Positions 25,252 through 38,742 of a DNA stretch of 64,000 bases are shown piece after piece. How positions within the stretch are numbered: position 1 is the stretch's first letter; the number at the start of each line of letters is the position of its first letter. The stretch covers positions 2,356,001-2,420,000 of the forward strand of contig NEEC01000011.1 in NCBI GenBank assembly GCA_002189035.1. The letters run 5' to 3'. This DNA comes from Utricularia gibba. Lineage: Eukaryota; Plantae; Magnoliophyta. The position numbers and the translations under genes were made by a program. The notes beneath the pieces are model-generated. The model did no database searches. It was not told where the DNA came from and saw only the letters and a list, made by a program, of their open reading frames with translations.

Positions 25252-27229
25252 ATGTCCGTAAGGAGATCGTATCTCTCACGAAGAATCATGCATCGTCCCT
25301 TTATGCTCTCCAGATCTTGTAAGGATCTGAGTTTTTCCGATTTGGAATCGGTGATTTTTTCCAGTGGAATTGAAGGAGGCCAGGGGAAAGCGAAAAGCGT
25401 TGCCAGTGATGGGATCTCGGAGGAAACGAGGCGGCAGGACGGGGATTCTTTTGCGTCGGGATGGGCCGGTATGCTTCCGGAGTTGCTTGGTGAAATAATA
25501 CAGAGAGTCGAAGCCAGTGAAAATGTATGGCCGGAGCGAAAAAATGTTGTCGTCTGCGCCTGCGTTTGTGAGCAATGGAGGGAGGCAACGTTGAAGGTTG
25601 TTAATAGGGCTCTGATTGATAATCCAGGAAAAATCACGCTTCCTTCTTCGCTTAAAAAGGTAGTGCTCTTACTCTTTGGAGGGTTAGAACCTTGTGGATC
25701 ATGATCATGTCGTTCCTTGTGATGTTTGATGCCTTTGACCTGATCTTGTGATTCGACTTATATATGTGTGGTAAGAGTGGATTTGGGTTTAATCATTTTG
25801 TCAGGCATCAGTTTTTGTGAATTATGCGCTCTGTAGTGCCTTGTGGTGTATAATTTCTGGTCTCTGACCTGATAATTCGAGGCCTTTATCAGAGTGATAT
25901 TTCGCATTCTTTTCCTTTCCTGGTGCTCCTTGAGGTCAACCAATAGGATTTGCAGTTGGGGGACAGCAGCCTTGCGTTGTGTCTTCTTTTGAAAACGGTG
26001 GTGTCTACTCTTATTGTGATTTTTCAAGCGAATTCATTTGCAAAGCTGCTGTCAGGAAAGCTATTTATCCTAAGGTTGTGTCATTGTCGGAATGTCTGTA
26101 TCCATGACTCATGTCTTACATTTTTTTTTTTACAATAGTTGCGTGGTTCAACAATTTGAATGCTCCATTTATATATGTATTGCAGCCGGGGCCAGGGGAC
26201 TCTCCTGTTCAATGCATTATAAGGCGTGACAAGAAGAATGCATCATTTTATCTCTATCTTGCTCTTACATCAAGTAAGCTGACCTTTTTTGCTTCTCGTA
26301 TGGTGAGAAAGAAAGTGCTGAATGCCAAGAGTCATATCGTATCTCATATAAACCTTAAGCGGGGGGGAGGAATAAAACACACTTGAGGAAGTTCCCTTTT
26401 TATCTATCATCAATGATTTGCTTATGTTCACCTCTTCTTTTATGAACAGCGTTCACAGACAAAGGTAAGTTTCTCCTTGCTGCACAACGATTCAGGAACG
26501 GCCCTCACACAGAATATATTATCTCTCTTGATGCCAAAGATTTCTCTCAAGGAAGCAAAGCTTACGTGGGAAAGTTGAGGTAAAGATCACCCTCTGATTA
26601 TCCTTGCTTGAATGATGTTTTGGATTAAACCCTCATGTCCTCTTTGCAGATCGGATTTCCTTGGCACTAATTTTGTGATATACGACAGTCAACCGCCATA
26701 CAGTGGAGCTAAACCATCTAGCAATCGGTCTGGCCGACGTGTAGCAAACAAGCAGATTAGTCCGCAGGTTCCAGCTGGTAACTTTGAAGTCGGGACAGTT
26801 TCTTATAAATTTAATCTGCGTATGAAGTCGAGAGGTCCTAGAAGAATGGTCTGTTCAATCAAATCCCCATCTTCCGACATGGTGCTAGCTGAGGAATCTC
26901 AAGACGCCCCGAAAATGAAGAACATAAAAACCACGCCTTCCGAGTATACAGTCTTGAGAAACAAAGCACCAAGATGGCATGAGAACTTAGAATGCTGGTG
27001 CTTGAACTTCCACGGCAGGGTGACTGTAGCATCAGTCAAGAACTTTCAGCTCGTTAAAGCTTGCGATCCAAGTCAGCCCGATTGGAAGGGCCACGACGAA
27101 ACGGTTCTCCTGCAGTTCGGTAAAGTTGGTGATGATACTTTCACCATGGACTACAGACATCCTCTTTCAGCCTTCCAGGCATTCGCCATCTGCCTCACAA
27201 GTTTCGGCACTAAACTGGCATGTGAGTGA
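25252..27229 (+). CDS. TLP7: Tubby-like F-box protein (TLP7-like)
   Basis: F-box [17 protein letters not shown]...[11 protein letters not shown]. Tubby domain [82 protein letters not shown]. Confidence 0.92.
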
Positions 27230-28165
27230 TGCACTTAACAGGAAGGTGTCTATATTATATGTCCCTCACGATGAAGAGATTCCGGGTAGGGGATTCAGGT
27301 TACTCGTGTCTCTGCAATTCTCTTGGAAAACGTTGGACTGGTTTCAATTCGTTTCATCTTGACTACATGCTATGTATATATCACTCCTCGATTGGGATCC
27401 CCCCAACTAGCTCAGGAACTTGTAGCCTTGGCATAATTGTGTTGCGATCTGAGAATCTTCAGGGTAGCATCAGGATGTTCGTGTTACAAAACTGGCCACA
27501 CGTTCAGTAGCCCCCACTCTTCTTCAGTTCAGCTGATTGGATTTCATATTAATCAAAAACCGTTCATTTTGATTATTTCTGAATTAGAGTAATGAGATTG
27601 TGTTATTTCTTTTATGTAACCGTTTCATATGCGGGTTACTTTATTTTTTTGCATCAATCCATGTTCGGAAGTTCTGGAGAGGGTCAAGTGCAAGGGCCGT
27701 ACAATCCACAAGATGAGCAGATGCTCACTGAAGCTGAATCTTCATCACTTCCACAAGACACGGGCCAGACCAAATGAAATGCTTACGTGGGCGCCAAGTG
27801 AACAGTTGGTGCATGGCTGGGAGGTTCAACTGCCTAGAAACGAAAAGAGGCGGTGTAGAGTTGTTTGATTCTGGGCTTGCGGTGGCGGTGGAAGTGTAAA
27901 CCTGGGAGAGCAACATTGCATCATATTGCGTGATGGATGCTCGTCCTCTCGAGTGTTGAGTTGATTTCCTGCAACTTCGCTGAGCGATGCATATATGATG
28001 AATAAGCAAAGGGGGAAACAGTTTCATTATTACATGGGGCTGGGAGCATCAGAAGCAGTTAGTTTTGGTTGCAGAAGACAGGAGGAGTTTTAACTCACAG
28101 ACAACAAGCACCGAGATCATGAACGACACCCACAACAAAACAGGGGCAGTAGGAGAACACGTTCC

Positions 28166-29159
28166 TTATTTCTTTCCACGTAATTTTGCACCTAATGCTC
28201 TCTCAAGTTTGGAGATGATCTGCTGGTTGGGGATTGCTTTACCTGACTCGTATTCTTGGATTGTTTGTGGTTTCTCGTTGATCATCTGCAGGGCAGTGGC
28301 ACAGGATTGATGACATGCGGATGCAGATAGATGTAGGTAGAAGGGTGGAGGATGGGAGTGAGGCAAACCTGAGCAAGCTGAGCTTGGGTGAGTTTTTTAT
28401 CCATCCGAGCTTGCATGATTGCTTTCTTCATTTCAGAAGGAACCTTGTCATCTGCAAACAAATTTAGATCGAGTTGTATGAACATGAGTAAAAGTATTGC
28501 AATCAAAAGGAGAACTGTGCTTGAAAGGTTGCATCGTTAAAGAAACCATGAACAATAACCAGCAAACTGATCAATGATAAATCCAGATCCAAGGGATAAC
28601 AAAATGTAAAAAAGAAAGTAGCTTCTGAAAAGAAATGCAAATGTTGGTGTGAAAAAGAAAGCTCGAGGAAAAGACAACAACATGGATAGAAAAGAGAAGC
28701 ATGTGGCGATTGACGAGCACTCACGGGATAAATTTTCAGTGTCTTCGTCAAGCTTCCTGGTGTTCAGAGTGCCGGTGCTACTAGCAGCTTTGTTTGTCCC
28801 GGCGTTAGCTGCAACATCAACGTCAAAAAAACGCAGCGGATAAGGATCAATGACAAGAATTGGAAAACAAATCCTAACGCAATTCAAACGCAAAAGTAAT
28901 TTCATCTGAATAAAAATGAGCCGTATGCCCTTTAAATTAACCACGGAACAACAGAAACAACAAGGACACCAAAGAAAAAAACACAAATTGAGACACAAAA
29001 ATGACGAATCGGAACAGAAAGCTCACATTTCTTAATTGTTTCAATCTCAGCTCCGACGCGGCGGGCTGCGTTGACCGCTTTCTCATCTTTTCTGGCTGCG
29101 GCAGTCGGCGCTTTCTTCCTCAAAACCACTGGTTCCCAATCCTGCGAGATTCCCGCCAT
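28166..29159 (-). CDS. MBF1: Multiprotein-bridging factor 1 (MBF1a/b type)
   Basis: Four exons: [44 protein letters not shown] / [10 protein letters not shown]...[11 protein letters not shown] / [27 protein letters not shown] / [39 protein letters not shown]. Confidence 0.96.
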
Positions 29160-29197
29160 AAACACAGAGAGATGAAAATCGACGATGTGGGAGACAC

Positions 29198-29216
29198 AGA
29201 GAGAGAGAGAGAGAGA
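29198..29216 (+). repeat. (AG)n microsatellite (CT-rich on the minus strand) in the MBF1 5' UTR
   Basis: Direct reading of the sequence. Confidence 0.85.
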
Positions 29217-29468
29217 TGGAATGGCTAACGCCCAGGGGCGATTGTAGGATAAATATCTCCGATACAAAACAGCGTCAGTGACACGCCAATCCAGAAACTT
29301 TTGCATTTTCCTTTTTAAAAATTGTTTTATTTTCTAAAAAAAAGTTTTAATTAAATCAAAACGTCTTATTTAGTGTTTTTTTAATGGAAATTAGACATAG
29401 AAGCTCGCCGGAAATGCAATCAATCGCTGCGGCTATGCCGTCAATTGCTGCTCTCTACTTGATTAGAG

Positions 29469-31905
29469 ATGACGCGCCGCCTCCACACGACAGGGCTGGT
29501 ATGCATCGCCGGCGAAGAACTATCTGATCTGGGCGCCGCAAGGGAAGGCAGGCTGGTTGGCAATCCCAACCTTCTTATTTCTATCGATACTCAGTCGATC
29601 GCCCTTGCCAATGGCTCTTTGATTCTCATTCATAATTGGCGATTGTCGAGTGATGACCGCCCCATCCCGGAGACGCACCAGGTATTCAAGATCATACCCG
29701 AGCTATCTCCTATTGAAGCGGAGTATATATCCGCTATTGAGTTGCTCGTGTTCGCGGAGGATATTAGAGTTCTGATCGTCGGGACATCTTGTGGTTACCT
29801 TTTGATGTTTTCTCTTGACGGAAGGCTTGTTCATAGACAGGTTTGATACTGATTCTTAATCATACTTTCATTTTTGTCATGCCTTTATCTAGAAGTTAAA
29901 TTTATTCTCGTCATTAATCTTGATGCATATTTTCTGTGCTATAAGAAGAGTTAAAGCTGCTGTTTTGTGTTGCCGAATCGTTTTATCCACTATATCCATT
30001 CAATTGCAGTTTGTGAACCGTGCAAAGATTCTCAAATTAAGGGTTCATGGGATTATACAAGATCAAACACAGGATACATTGTTGGAAGGGGTTTGCGTGG
30101 TAATGCCTGGCACAATTGCGTGTTTCGAAGTATCTGATATCAAGGTGCGTGCGTTTTTTTTTTATTATTATTACGTTGGGTATACGACAGCATGCCGGGT
30201 TTTGCTTATGTGTAGCACATAATGGATACTCAAGATTAGTTACTCTATTGCATTTGAGTGTTGATCTATTCCAACATTATGCGGTTTCTTTGTAATGATT
30301 TCTGTAGTTTTAATGACTAATCCTAGTTAATGGCTTGTGCTGACTGAAAACACGATATTGTCATCTGCAACTCCCAGAACCTATTGCATCAATGGATTCA
30401 CAGAGCAAACTCCCAGTTCTGGGATGACAAATTTGGTGATGCTAACTATTCTGGGAATTCTCATTCAATCCTCCCTTACCACCTGTGGAACATCAGCAAG
30501 CATGGATTTTGTATTGATGCTGCAATAACTGGTGTCATGCCTCCATCTCTAATGGAGATACAGGTTTCCTAAACGTTAATCTTATATTTGTAAAATCTCC
30601 TAAGTTTAAAGGATTTAAGATATACTTCGTGATCAGTTAACATCTTGGTAGTTTTGGAACTCGTCACCAGCTTTTTTCTTACTTTTTTTGTGGCTACGTA
30701 GTTCCTGAATTTATATTAAACTAATTTGGTTTTATTGTTAGGCAGTCGAGCAACAGCTACTATTGTGCAGTCAGCATAGGAGATGATGCTTTTGTATCGG
30801 CTTATAGGTTAGTGAGACTCCTGCATATCCAAATCTTCATCATTGATGCTCTAAGTTATGTATAAAAATTAACTTTCTGTCGCTGTTCTATAACTCTAAG
30901 GTAGTTTTTTTTTCTTTGAAGACTTTCAGTTGACAAAAGCAGGTCAGTCGTGGGAGCCATCTTGTCAAAAGTTGTACCTGCAACCTTTTCAACAGTAGCT
31001 TCCCTTTCAAAATTGATTTTGCGAGGTGAAGCTATCCGCAAAAGGAATCCAGAGGCTACGCCTGAAGCAGCTCGAGGTGAGATAACTGTTTTCGGCATAC
31101 ATTTTGGTTGTTTGTTTTTTCATTAGGAACTTCGCTGTCTCATATTTTTGTTAGTAGAAGATTCGATAGTCATATATAGAACTTCATTTTTGTCCAGGTC
31201 CTATGTTCCATTTTTTCTGATTGCATTTTGTACTTTGTGGCAGCATCTCCAATCACGTGTTTAAAAGATCATCCTAGAAAGGGTGAGAAGCTGGCAATGT
31301 CACCTGTTGGCACATTGGCAGCAATAACCGATTCATTGGGCCGTATTTTGCTTCTAGACTCCAGGGCGTTTATTGTTGTTCGTCTATGGAAGGTAGACAA
31401 TTCTTCCAAGCTCCTGTAATTCGAAGAATCTCATCTCATTGATTTTGAATTCAGAAAATCCATCTGTTATCATTTCCATCAAAACCATCTATTTGACTAC
31501 ATTTCATTCACAGGGATATCGTGATGCAAGCTGCTTATTTGTTGAGATGCTTACAACGAAAGAGAAATCATCAGCACCTCTTCATGAATGTACAAAAAAT
31601 GATTATTCCCTTTGTCTAGCAATCCATGCTCCTCGGAAAGGAATTGTCGAGGTATTGCTCAACGCCTTAAAACAATCAGTGACATATTTACTTACCATTA
31701 TCATGAAAGTTCATCACAGGTGTGGCAAATGAGGACTGGTCCTAGGCTTCTCACCATCTCATGTCCTAACGGTAGCCGATTACTACAACCAACCTACCGG
31801 TCAAGTTCAGCATCAGAAATTTCATCTTTTTACGTGCCATTGCAAGTTTTCTTTCTCAATGAAGAATCAGGTCAAGTATCTGTTCTCAACCGATCCATTC
31901 ACTGA
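29469..31905 (+). CDS. Rab3 GTPase-activating protein non-catalytic subunit-like (RAB3GAP2 N-terminal domain)
   Basis: Exons read through in frame: MTRRLHTTGLVCIAGEELSDLG..., IDAAITGVMPPSLMEIQ, AILSKVVPATFSTVASLSK, CLKDHPRKGEKLAMSPVGTLAAITDSLGRILLLD, LWKGYRDASCLF, LAIHAPRKGIVEVWQMRTGPRL. Confidence 0.85.
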
Positions 31906-32442
31906 AATGCGCTTGATTCTTGTGAACTACATATAACATCTCGAGTTTCATTCCTAATGTCATCGTAGTCATTTAGCCTTGTATGAAAGGAAAAGGCAGC
32001 TCAAAAGAGCTTATGAAGTACTTTTCTGTTGACAATGAATGGAATTGCATATTCATCCTTTTAGCTTAACAAATTTCCAGATTCTGGTTTACTTGGGCAG
32101 ATCATCTCCCTTATTCTGCTGCCATATCTATGTTAGTAACTGTGAGAACTGTTCTAACATTCTATGGTGTCCGAAACATCATGACAATTCTAACAGAGCC
32201 GAATGACATTACTGCATCAGATCAATTTCTGAGGTGTTAAAATCTCTTAGTCATGGATCACATTGCTTCCCATTAAAGCATTGAGGTGTCCGTATTCAGA
32301 AGGTTCAGCTTGACCTCGTGGTGGATTTTGCACCATAATTTTTGTTTATATTTTTACAATTGTAAATCTTATTAATGCCCAAACCGAAGTCTTCTTTCCT
32401 CTTCTGCATTCTCTGTTTACTCGGCGGTGACTTTGGACGGCT

Positions 32443-34134
32443 ATGGCGCTTTTGCAATCTACTCTCCGTCCGGGGGTCTGTATTTGGCGCTCCGGTGACG
32501 GCGGTAAACTTTCGATTTACTCGCCGATTTTCTGCTGAGGCGACGCCGGAGAGGAAGGTAGCGATTTTGGGGGCGGCGGAGGGATCGGGCAGCCACTTTC
32601 GCTGCTGATGAACCTGAATCCTCTTGTGTCGAGTCTTGCTCTCTATGATATACAGGCACACGAGGGGTGGTTGCATCAACACCAGATCTGAGGTACGTTT
32701 GTGATGGTGCATGAACTTCGGATGCCTTTCCTTAAGGTTTAATTTGGAGGTTGCATTTTATGGCCTTGTGAAAATGCATAAAAGATGATCAGGATTGGGT
32801 TTTTTCGAAGGGTGGATATGTATTGTCATAAAGGTTCTCTTCTTTTTGTCTTTGGTATGTGTATGGATGAGTGTGACTTGAGCCTTTATGGAAATCATTT
32901 CCACTAAATTCGATGCAGGTGAAAGGCTACGAAGGGGATGAACTACAGGGTGAGGCTTTGGAAGGTTCTGATGTTATCATAATTCCAGCTGGTGTGCCCA
33001 GAAAGCCTGGCATGACTAGTGATGATCTTTTCAAGATCAATGCTGGTATCGTCAAGTCTCTTTGTGACGCCATTGCCAAGTTTTACCCAAATGTAACACG
33101 TTTGCCCTTGCTTGGTTTTGTTGAAGAATTTAAATTCTCATGTGATCAGCAACCCTGTAAATTCCACAGTGCCAATTGCTGCTGAAATGTTCAAGAGCAA
33201 GGGGGTATATAATGAGAAAAGGCTCTTTGGCGTAACAACTCTTGATGTTGTCAGGGCCAAGACATTTTACACCGGCAAAGCTGGAGCCATTGTACCTGGT
33301 ACAGCCATCCTTGACCTGATCCACACATCAGCTCTCTCGTGTCTTGTTATGTGTAGTCGATCATATTCCTTCCGTTTTCTGCAGATGTGAATGCCCCTGT
33401 CATTGGTGGCCATGCTGGAATTACAATCCTCCCCCAGTTTTCTCATGTAATGTTCGTGCTAATGTTCTCTCTCTGTTAACTCAGCCTCTGCATTGCCCAA
33501 TATCTTTTCCGCACAGGCAACTCCAACAGCAAATCTGTCTGACGAAGAAATCTCTGCTCTCAGCAAAAGAACACAAGATGGTGGAACAGAGGTTGTTGAA
33601 GCCAAGGCTGGAAAGGGATCGGCAGCATTTTCAATGGCGTAAGCCATCTATTCTACAACCCCCCAGTACTTTCACTCCGTTACACGCTATTGCTTCTTCA
33701 CTTACAACATCATGCTCCGAATCCTGCAGCTACGCCGGTGCAACATTTGCAGATGCTTGCCTCAAAGGATTGAATGGTGTCCCAGACGTGGTGGAGTGCT
33801 CCTTCGTCAAGCCTACCATCACCGACTTACCCTTCTTCGCTTCAAAGGTACCACTTTCTTTTCCTTGCATACTCCTCCTTTTCAGTCCTCCTGAACCCCC
33901 TCTGGCGTTGTGATAAGAGAAAACTCCGCCGTGAACAGATTTCATGACAACCGGCAGGTGAGACTGGGAGGGAATGGCGTCGAGGAAGTGTTGGGTTTGG
34001 GAACCCTCTCCCCTCACGAGAAACAAGGATTGGAATCCCTGAAGGCGGAACTGAAGAGCTCAAGGCAGCAGTTAAGCTGCCTAGACGCCATAACCCATCA
34101 GACATTCGGACAAGCCGCCACCCGCTGTTTTTAA
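32443..34134 (+). pseudogene. mMDH: Mitochondrial NAD-malate dehydrogenase pseudogene (introns retained)
   Basis: Recognisable blocks: [88 protein letters not shown]...[11 protein letters not shown]. Lesions: frameshift deletions at ~32579 and ~32650-32675, an eroded acceptor/exon start at ~33140, and an altered C-terminus at ~34060. Confidence 0.88.
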
Positions 34135-34682
34135 TAGCCACTCCTCCACAGGTGGGGCCAACTAACCGTCTACCGCCCCGTCATTTATTGCAGGACGGTG
34201 CTGAACTTAATCACACACGCGCCACCGTGGCCGACAGCGTACGCGCCGAGGAGATCCATAATAACAAGAATAAGGGGAGACAACGTTGCCTCTCTTTCGT
34301 GGGTCAAGAGGCATCCATGCACACAAAGAAGCTCACTACACGTGAATTCTTCACAGGGAATGCACGAGGTGTTCCATGTCACAAAGCACAGCGATCGATA
34401 CAAAGAATACCACTGAGATTACAACTAAAATATCTACATGTTTCTACAGTCCCACTAGAGAGTTATCAAAGAAAAAGGAAAAATACACTTCATCACTACT
34501 TCCCTCCTCCAACACTTGAAGAATCCCATTGAGATCCAACCCTGAAAACCAAGCTGTTCATGTTCAGTAGGGAGACAGCCTACATGGGCTCAGGACTCTA
34601 TAGGCATGTGCAAGTAGATAGAGATCTCATAAAAAAAAAATTCATCGATAGCTTGGTAACACTATCAGGAAGCAGTACCTCG

Positions 34683-37261
34683 TCATGTTCCAGGAGAATC
34701 TCCAGCATCAGATCCATCACCGGAGGAACTATCACTATCGGAGTCTGTTAATAAATAAATAAAATAGGCATGGTAAGTTCTCCACATTCGGTAAAAGATG
34801 AAACAAAAAAAAACCATAAAAATTACCACTTGAAGATGAGCCAGAATCACTGCTGGAGCTGCTTGAACTGCTATCATTATATGCTTCCCCCTTCCCTCCT
34901 TCGGCAGCATTGATACTTTTCTCAAAGGCTGTGATCAAAAGGTTTCACGGGTGAGCTCTGAAATGTACAAAAACAGAGAGTTCAGGATGGCTTGAGTTAA
35001 GTCATTACCACCGTTTTCTGTCTGGACGCCCGTTATGCCTTGAGCTGACCTCTGCATGATGTTGAAATAGAGTTAATCTTTTTACTAAATGACAGCAGAA
35101 AAGTGTGACCTCAATGGAAGAGTACTTACTGCTGCCAGAGCACCCTGACTAGCGGTGGTCCTTGCTTGGAGTGCAAGTTCAGCTTTCCTTTTGTTCTTGC
35201 TCAATCTCTTTTTGTAGTTGGAAACAAATCTATCCAGCTCCCAAAGCGTTTCTGGATCTACACTGTCAATGTCTACCTCAATCTCATCATCATGTTGAGA
35301 AAGAGCCGTGTTTCGTTTCTTGATTATCTGCAGGATAGCATCCAGCTTTTCCATGGGCAAGTCCTGGAGGTGTTTACTTAGCTTTTGCTTCTCATCCTGT
35401 GTCATGTCTCTTTTGTTGGGATCCTTTGCTTTAGGCTTTTTGGGAGCTGGAACTCGACCGAAATGAGACCGTGGAGTTCGAGGATCACCAGCGCCAGATA
35501 CCGACAAAGGTTCACGCTGATCAGAGGTCCTCTGGGGGCATCTGGAATATGCGAAGAAACAGGAGCATAACCGTATGAAGATGTCTGGATGGGAACGGAC
35601 ACGGGAAAAGAATTAGTCCTGAAGTATGGCTGCTCCTGAGCCTTCCTGGAAGCTGCTGCCGGCAATCTTCCATCTTTATACAACTGATACTGCCAGTAGT
35701 CATTATACTCCGCCTCTATCACAGCCCACCTTTCTTCAAAAATGTGAGACAGTTGTTCTGCCATGATGTGAACATCTTGTCCTTTTGGATTGTAAGTCAT
35801 GGCATTACGAAAAACAAGCCTTACATCCTCTGCAAAGTCCATCGGAGATTTGTACCAATTTTTGGATAATCTGCCCTTTATGGTGCCAAGATCCATAGGA
35901 TGCTTAATTATATCATGGTAATCAACCAATCCCAGTTGCTTTGCATCAACAGGAGCATTAAATACCCAACCAAACTTGTGCTTCATTAACCTCTGAAGTA
36001 GGCTGCTGCAAGTCTTAAAAAACTTATTATTGCCTTTATCGAATCCAAAACCAAAGCGGTATCCAGGTTCTGTGTTCCTCCCACTACCAGTCTTCGACCT
36101 CTTATTACTTTCGGAAGGAAGCCGATCCTTCCCTAGAAGGAATTCTGAGTTCCGGTAAAATTGGTTTGCCTTTGGTGTCCGTTTCTCCTTCTCGGCATAT
36201 TCACCATGCCTGTGGTTCGTCTCCATTACTGAAACACTAAGTTGCCTATTAAAAGGCCTGGCCCCCAGATTACGCTGAGTACCAATATCAGAAGTCACTC
36301 TTGATAATCCAACCGGCCGTCCCTCATGGTTCACTGTGGGTCCTGCCTCCGGATTCACTCTCAACAACAGCCTCTTCTGAACCAAATCAGGTCGTGCATG
36401 AAGTTGACCCTGATCATTGTCAACAATATTCAGAGCCTCAGAACCTGTAAAGCTACCATTGGTGGTGTATTTATTGTTGCTAAATTGATGCTCCTTCGTT
36501 TCTAACTGCTCAAAGATTCTCCTAATGCTTTCAAGATCATTCGCTAGCTTCTGGCTAAGATCCTCAATCTCGGCCCTTGATGATCTCTTACCTAACTTAA
36601 ATCTAATCATTTCACCAAAACTAGCTACAGCAAGAGATTCCCCATATCCTTGACCATCAATCAGACCTTCATCTTGTGCGCCTTGAGTAGAACTTGGCAT
36701 CAGTTTTCCATTCAAACTACCCTTGTGATCTAGAATCTGAGGCAACTCTTGATGAGTGTCACCTGGAGCATAGTTTTCACTCAAAGCATCATCTTTCGCT
36801 ACCCCATTCTGCGCTGAGCCACTGTCATTTAGGATAATCTGCCCATGCTGTGCTTGTTCCGGAAGCCCACAAGCCTTATCCTCCCCTCTGTTTGCGGTCT
36901 CTTGGTATGTACTTCGTCCTTCTTTGGGCAACGGCTTTCCAACAACGGCCCCATCTATGGCTCGGGCAGAAATGGTCTTTGAAGGCGGGGAAGCGACAGA
37001 AACGGTCGTCGCAGAGGGCTCACAAACACCGGCATCAGCAGCAGCAAAAGCCCCTGAAACCTCATGTTCTGGAGCAGAAGGAATTGCAGGGGCAGGCTTT
37101 CCAGCTAACGAGGTGGTGCAAACGGCATGATCGTCATCTTTGCACGATTTCCTAACCTTCTTACCAGCCCTCCGAGTGTAAACTATATCATACCCATTCA
37201 AACGATGTCTTCGATTCGGAATCAAATCATCTTCAGATTCCTCAAAAGAAGCTGAAGCCAT
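34683..37261 (-). CDS. GTE4: BET-family bromodomain + extra-terminal protein (GTE4-like)
   Basis: Contains EKEKRTPKANQFYRNSEFLLG and the bromodomain LMKHKFGWVFNAPVD...YHDIIKHPMDLGTIK...FAEDVRLVFRNAMTYNPKGQDVH. ET domain RDMTQDEKQKLS...EIEVDIDSVDPETLWELDRFV. Ser/Asp-rich tail ends SDAGDSPGT* at 34683. Confidence 0.9.
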
Positions 37262-37730
37262 ACATGAAATCGCCCAAAACTGAAGAACACAGTACCACTC
37301 CCCCAAAACCAACCCTCGAAAAGAACCCTAGGTAACCCAACCTCCGAAATCTAGGGTTTTACAAACCCTAGGCTCGAAATCACAATCCTCACCAGAGAGT
37401 GCCGAAAATCACAAAAATACACAACCCTAACCTCAATCAAATCAGAACACTGCATACGTACAGTTAACAACACAGATCCAGTACTTCCACTCCGACAACC
37501 AAAGAAAATGAAAAAAAAACAGCAGATTGGACAGGGGGATTCAAAGATCTAGGGAAGCCAACATCCAGAAAGAAATTTTCGGAATTAAAATTTTTAATTA
37601 AAAAAAAGGAAAGGGGTGAAATTTTTCTGGAAAATTAGGGTTCGTGATAGCAGAAAAGGGGGGCGCACGCGCGATCTGATCTTCGATCCGAACACCACTC
37701 GTTTCTCTCTCTAGAAAAAATCAGCTCTTT

Positions 37731-37754
37731 CTCTCTCTCTCTCTCTCTCTCTCT
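37731..37754 (+). repeat. (CT)12 microsatellite in the GTE4 5' region
   Basis: Direct reading of the sequence. Confidence 0.9.
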
Positions 37755-38742
37755 ATCGCGGTGTCGTTTGGGGGGGTGGCAACCACCTCCTTTTTTAACC
37801 TACACGCGCTTGAACATTAGGGCGCCACGTCAGCCGCAAGTGAAGCGCGTGCATCTCTTGGTGACGTAGTTGCAGGGAGCCTTCCGATTGGGCCGTGATC
37901 CTCACCGGCGGCGACCGCAAGTCAGATTCCGACACGTGCCCGACCAGCCCTTTTCCGTAATTTCCCCCTCCAATTGATCCGTTGGAACCTTACTACCAAA
38001 AAAGATCCCTCCAATATTATTCCCTTTAATGTAAAAAGCATGTAAAAGAAGCTCATAATTTCAGGGTTTCATTTTATGTAAATTATTTAGTGAACATATT
38101 TTACTATTTTAGTAATGAAGTTCAGATATGACGATATACATAATTTTTTATATGATATTATTCATTTTAAATACTTAATGATTATTATTTCACATTTTTT
38201 TCTTTTGAAAAAAAATCTCATAAAAATACTTTAAAAATTTAATTTATATAAACTATTTATCTACCAAATTCATAACTAATGTAAAATTCATTTAAAATCA
38301 TTATATGTAACTAATCCTTATAATCAAGAAGGGGTTGCCGGGCTAGTAGTAACCTATAACTGAACCAAAGGAGACCTCAAATTCCCTCTGCTGGCAAATA
38401 TGATGCGGATGCTGCCTCGCTGGAGCTGGTAGCAAGAGGGGAATGCAGGGAATGAGATGAGAAATGTAGGGATGCAGAGTGCATCATGCACTGGCTGCGG
38501 CTGGGGAGAATATTTCTGGATTTGTGAATTTGGCACAATTTTGGCATCTGGCCTACAGGTGGTTTCGGGTACACAAGTTCATCCATGCAACAGAACAAGC
38601 AGTACAGATACTTGAACTAGAACTAGGTGACCAAAGCTAACCTGAACTGAAGTATCAACTGAGAATCACAGAGATAAACTTCTATAAAATAATCAACTTG
38701 GAACTAGAGTAGAACAAGCAGGAGGTTAGAAACTGACTCTTT

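Noticed and set aside
27600-28050. Moderately GC-rich stretch with short ORFs between the TLP7 and MBF1 3' ends
   Set aside because: No recognisable domain, hairpin or terminal repeat. Most likely convergent 3' UTRs, though it remains unexplained.
29183-29192. Perfect USE core TCCCACATCG on the minus strand
   Set aside because: It lies in the MBF1 5' UTR about 25 nt before the ATG, with no TATA at the required spacing and no RNA gene downstream. Treated as chance.
37320-37430. AACCCTA(A/G) motifs as interstitial telomere or telomerase RNA template
   Set aside because: They are isolated telo-box-like motifs in a 5' region, not tandem arrays, with no Pol III promoter context.
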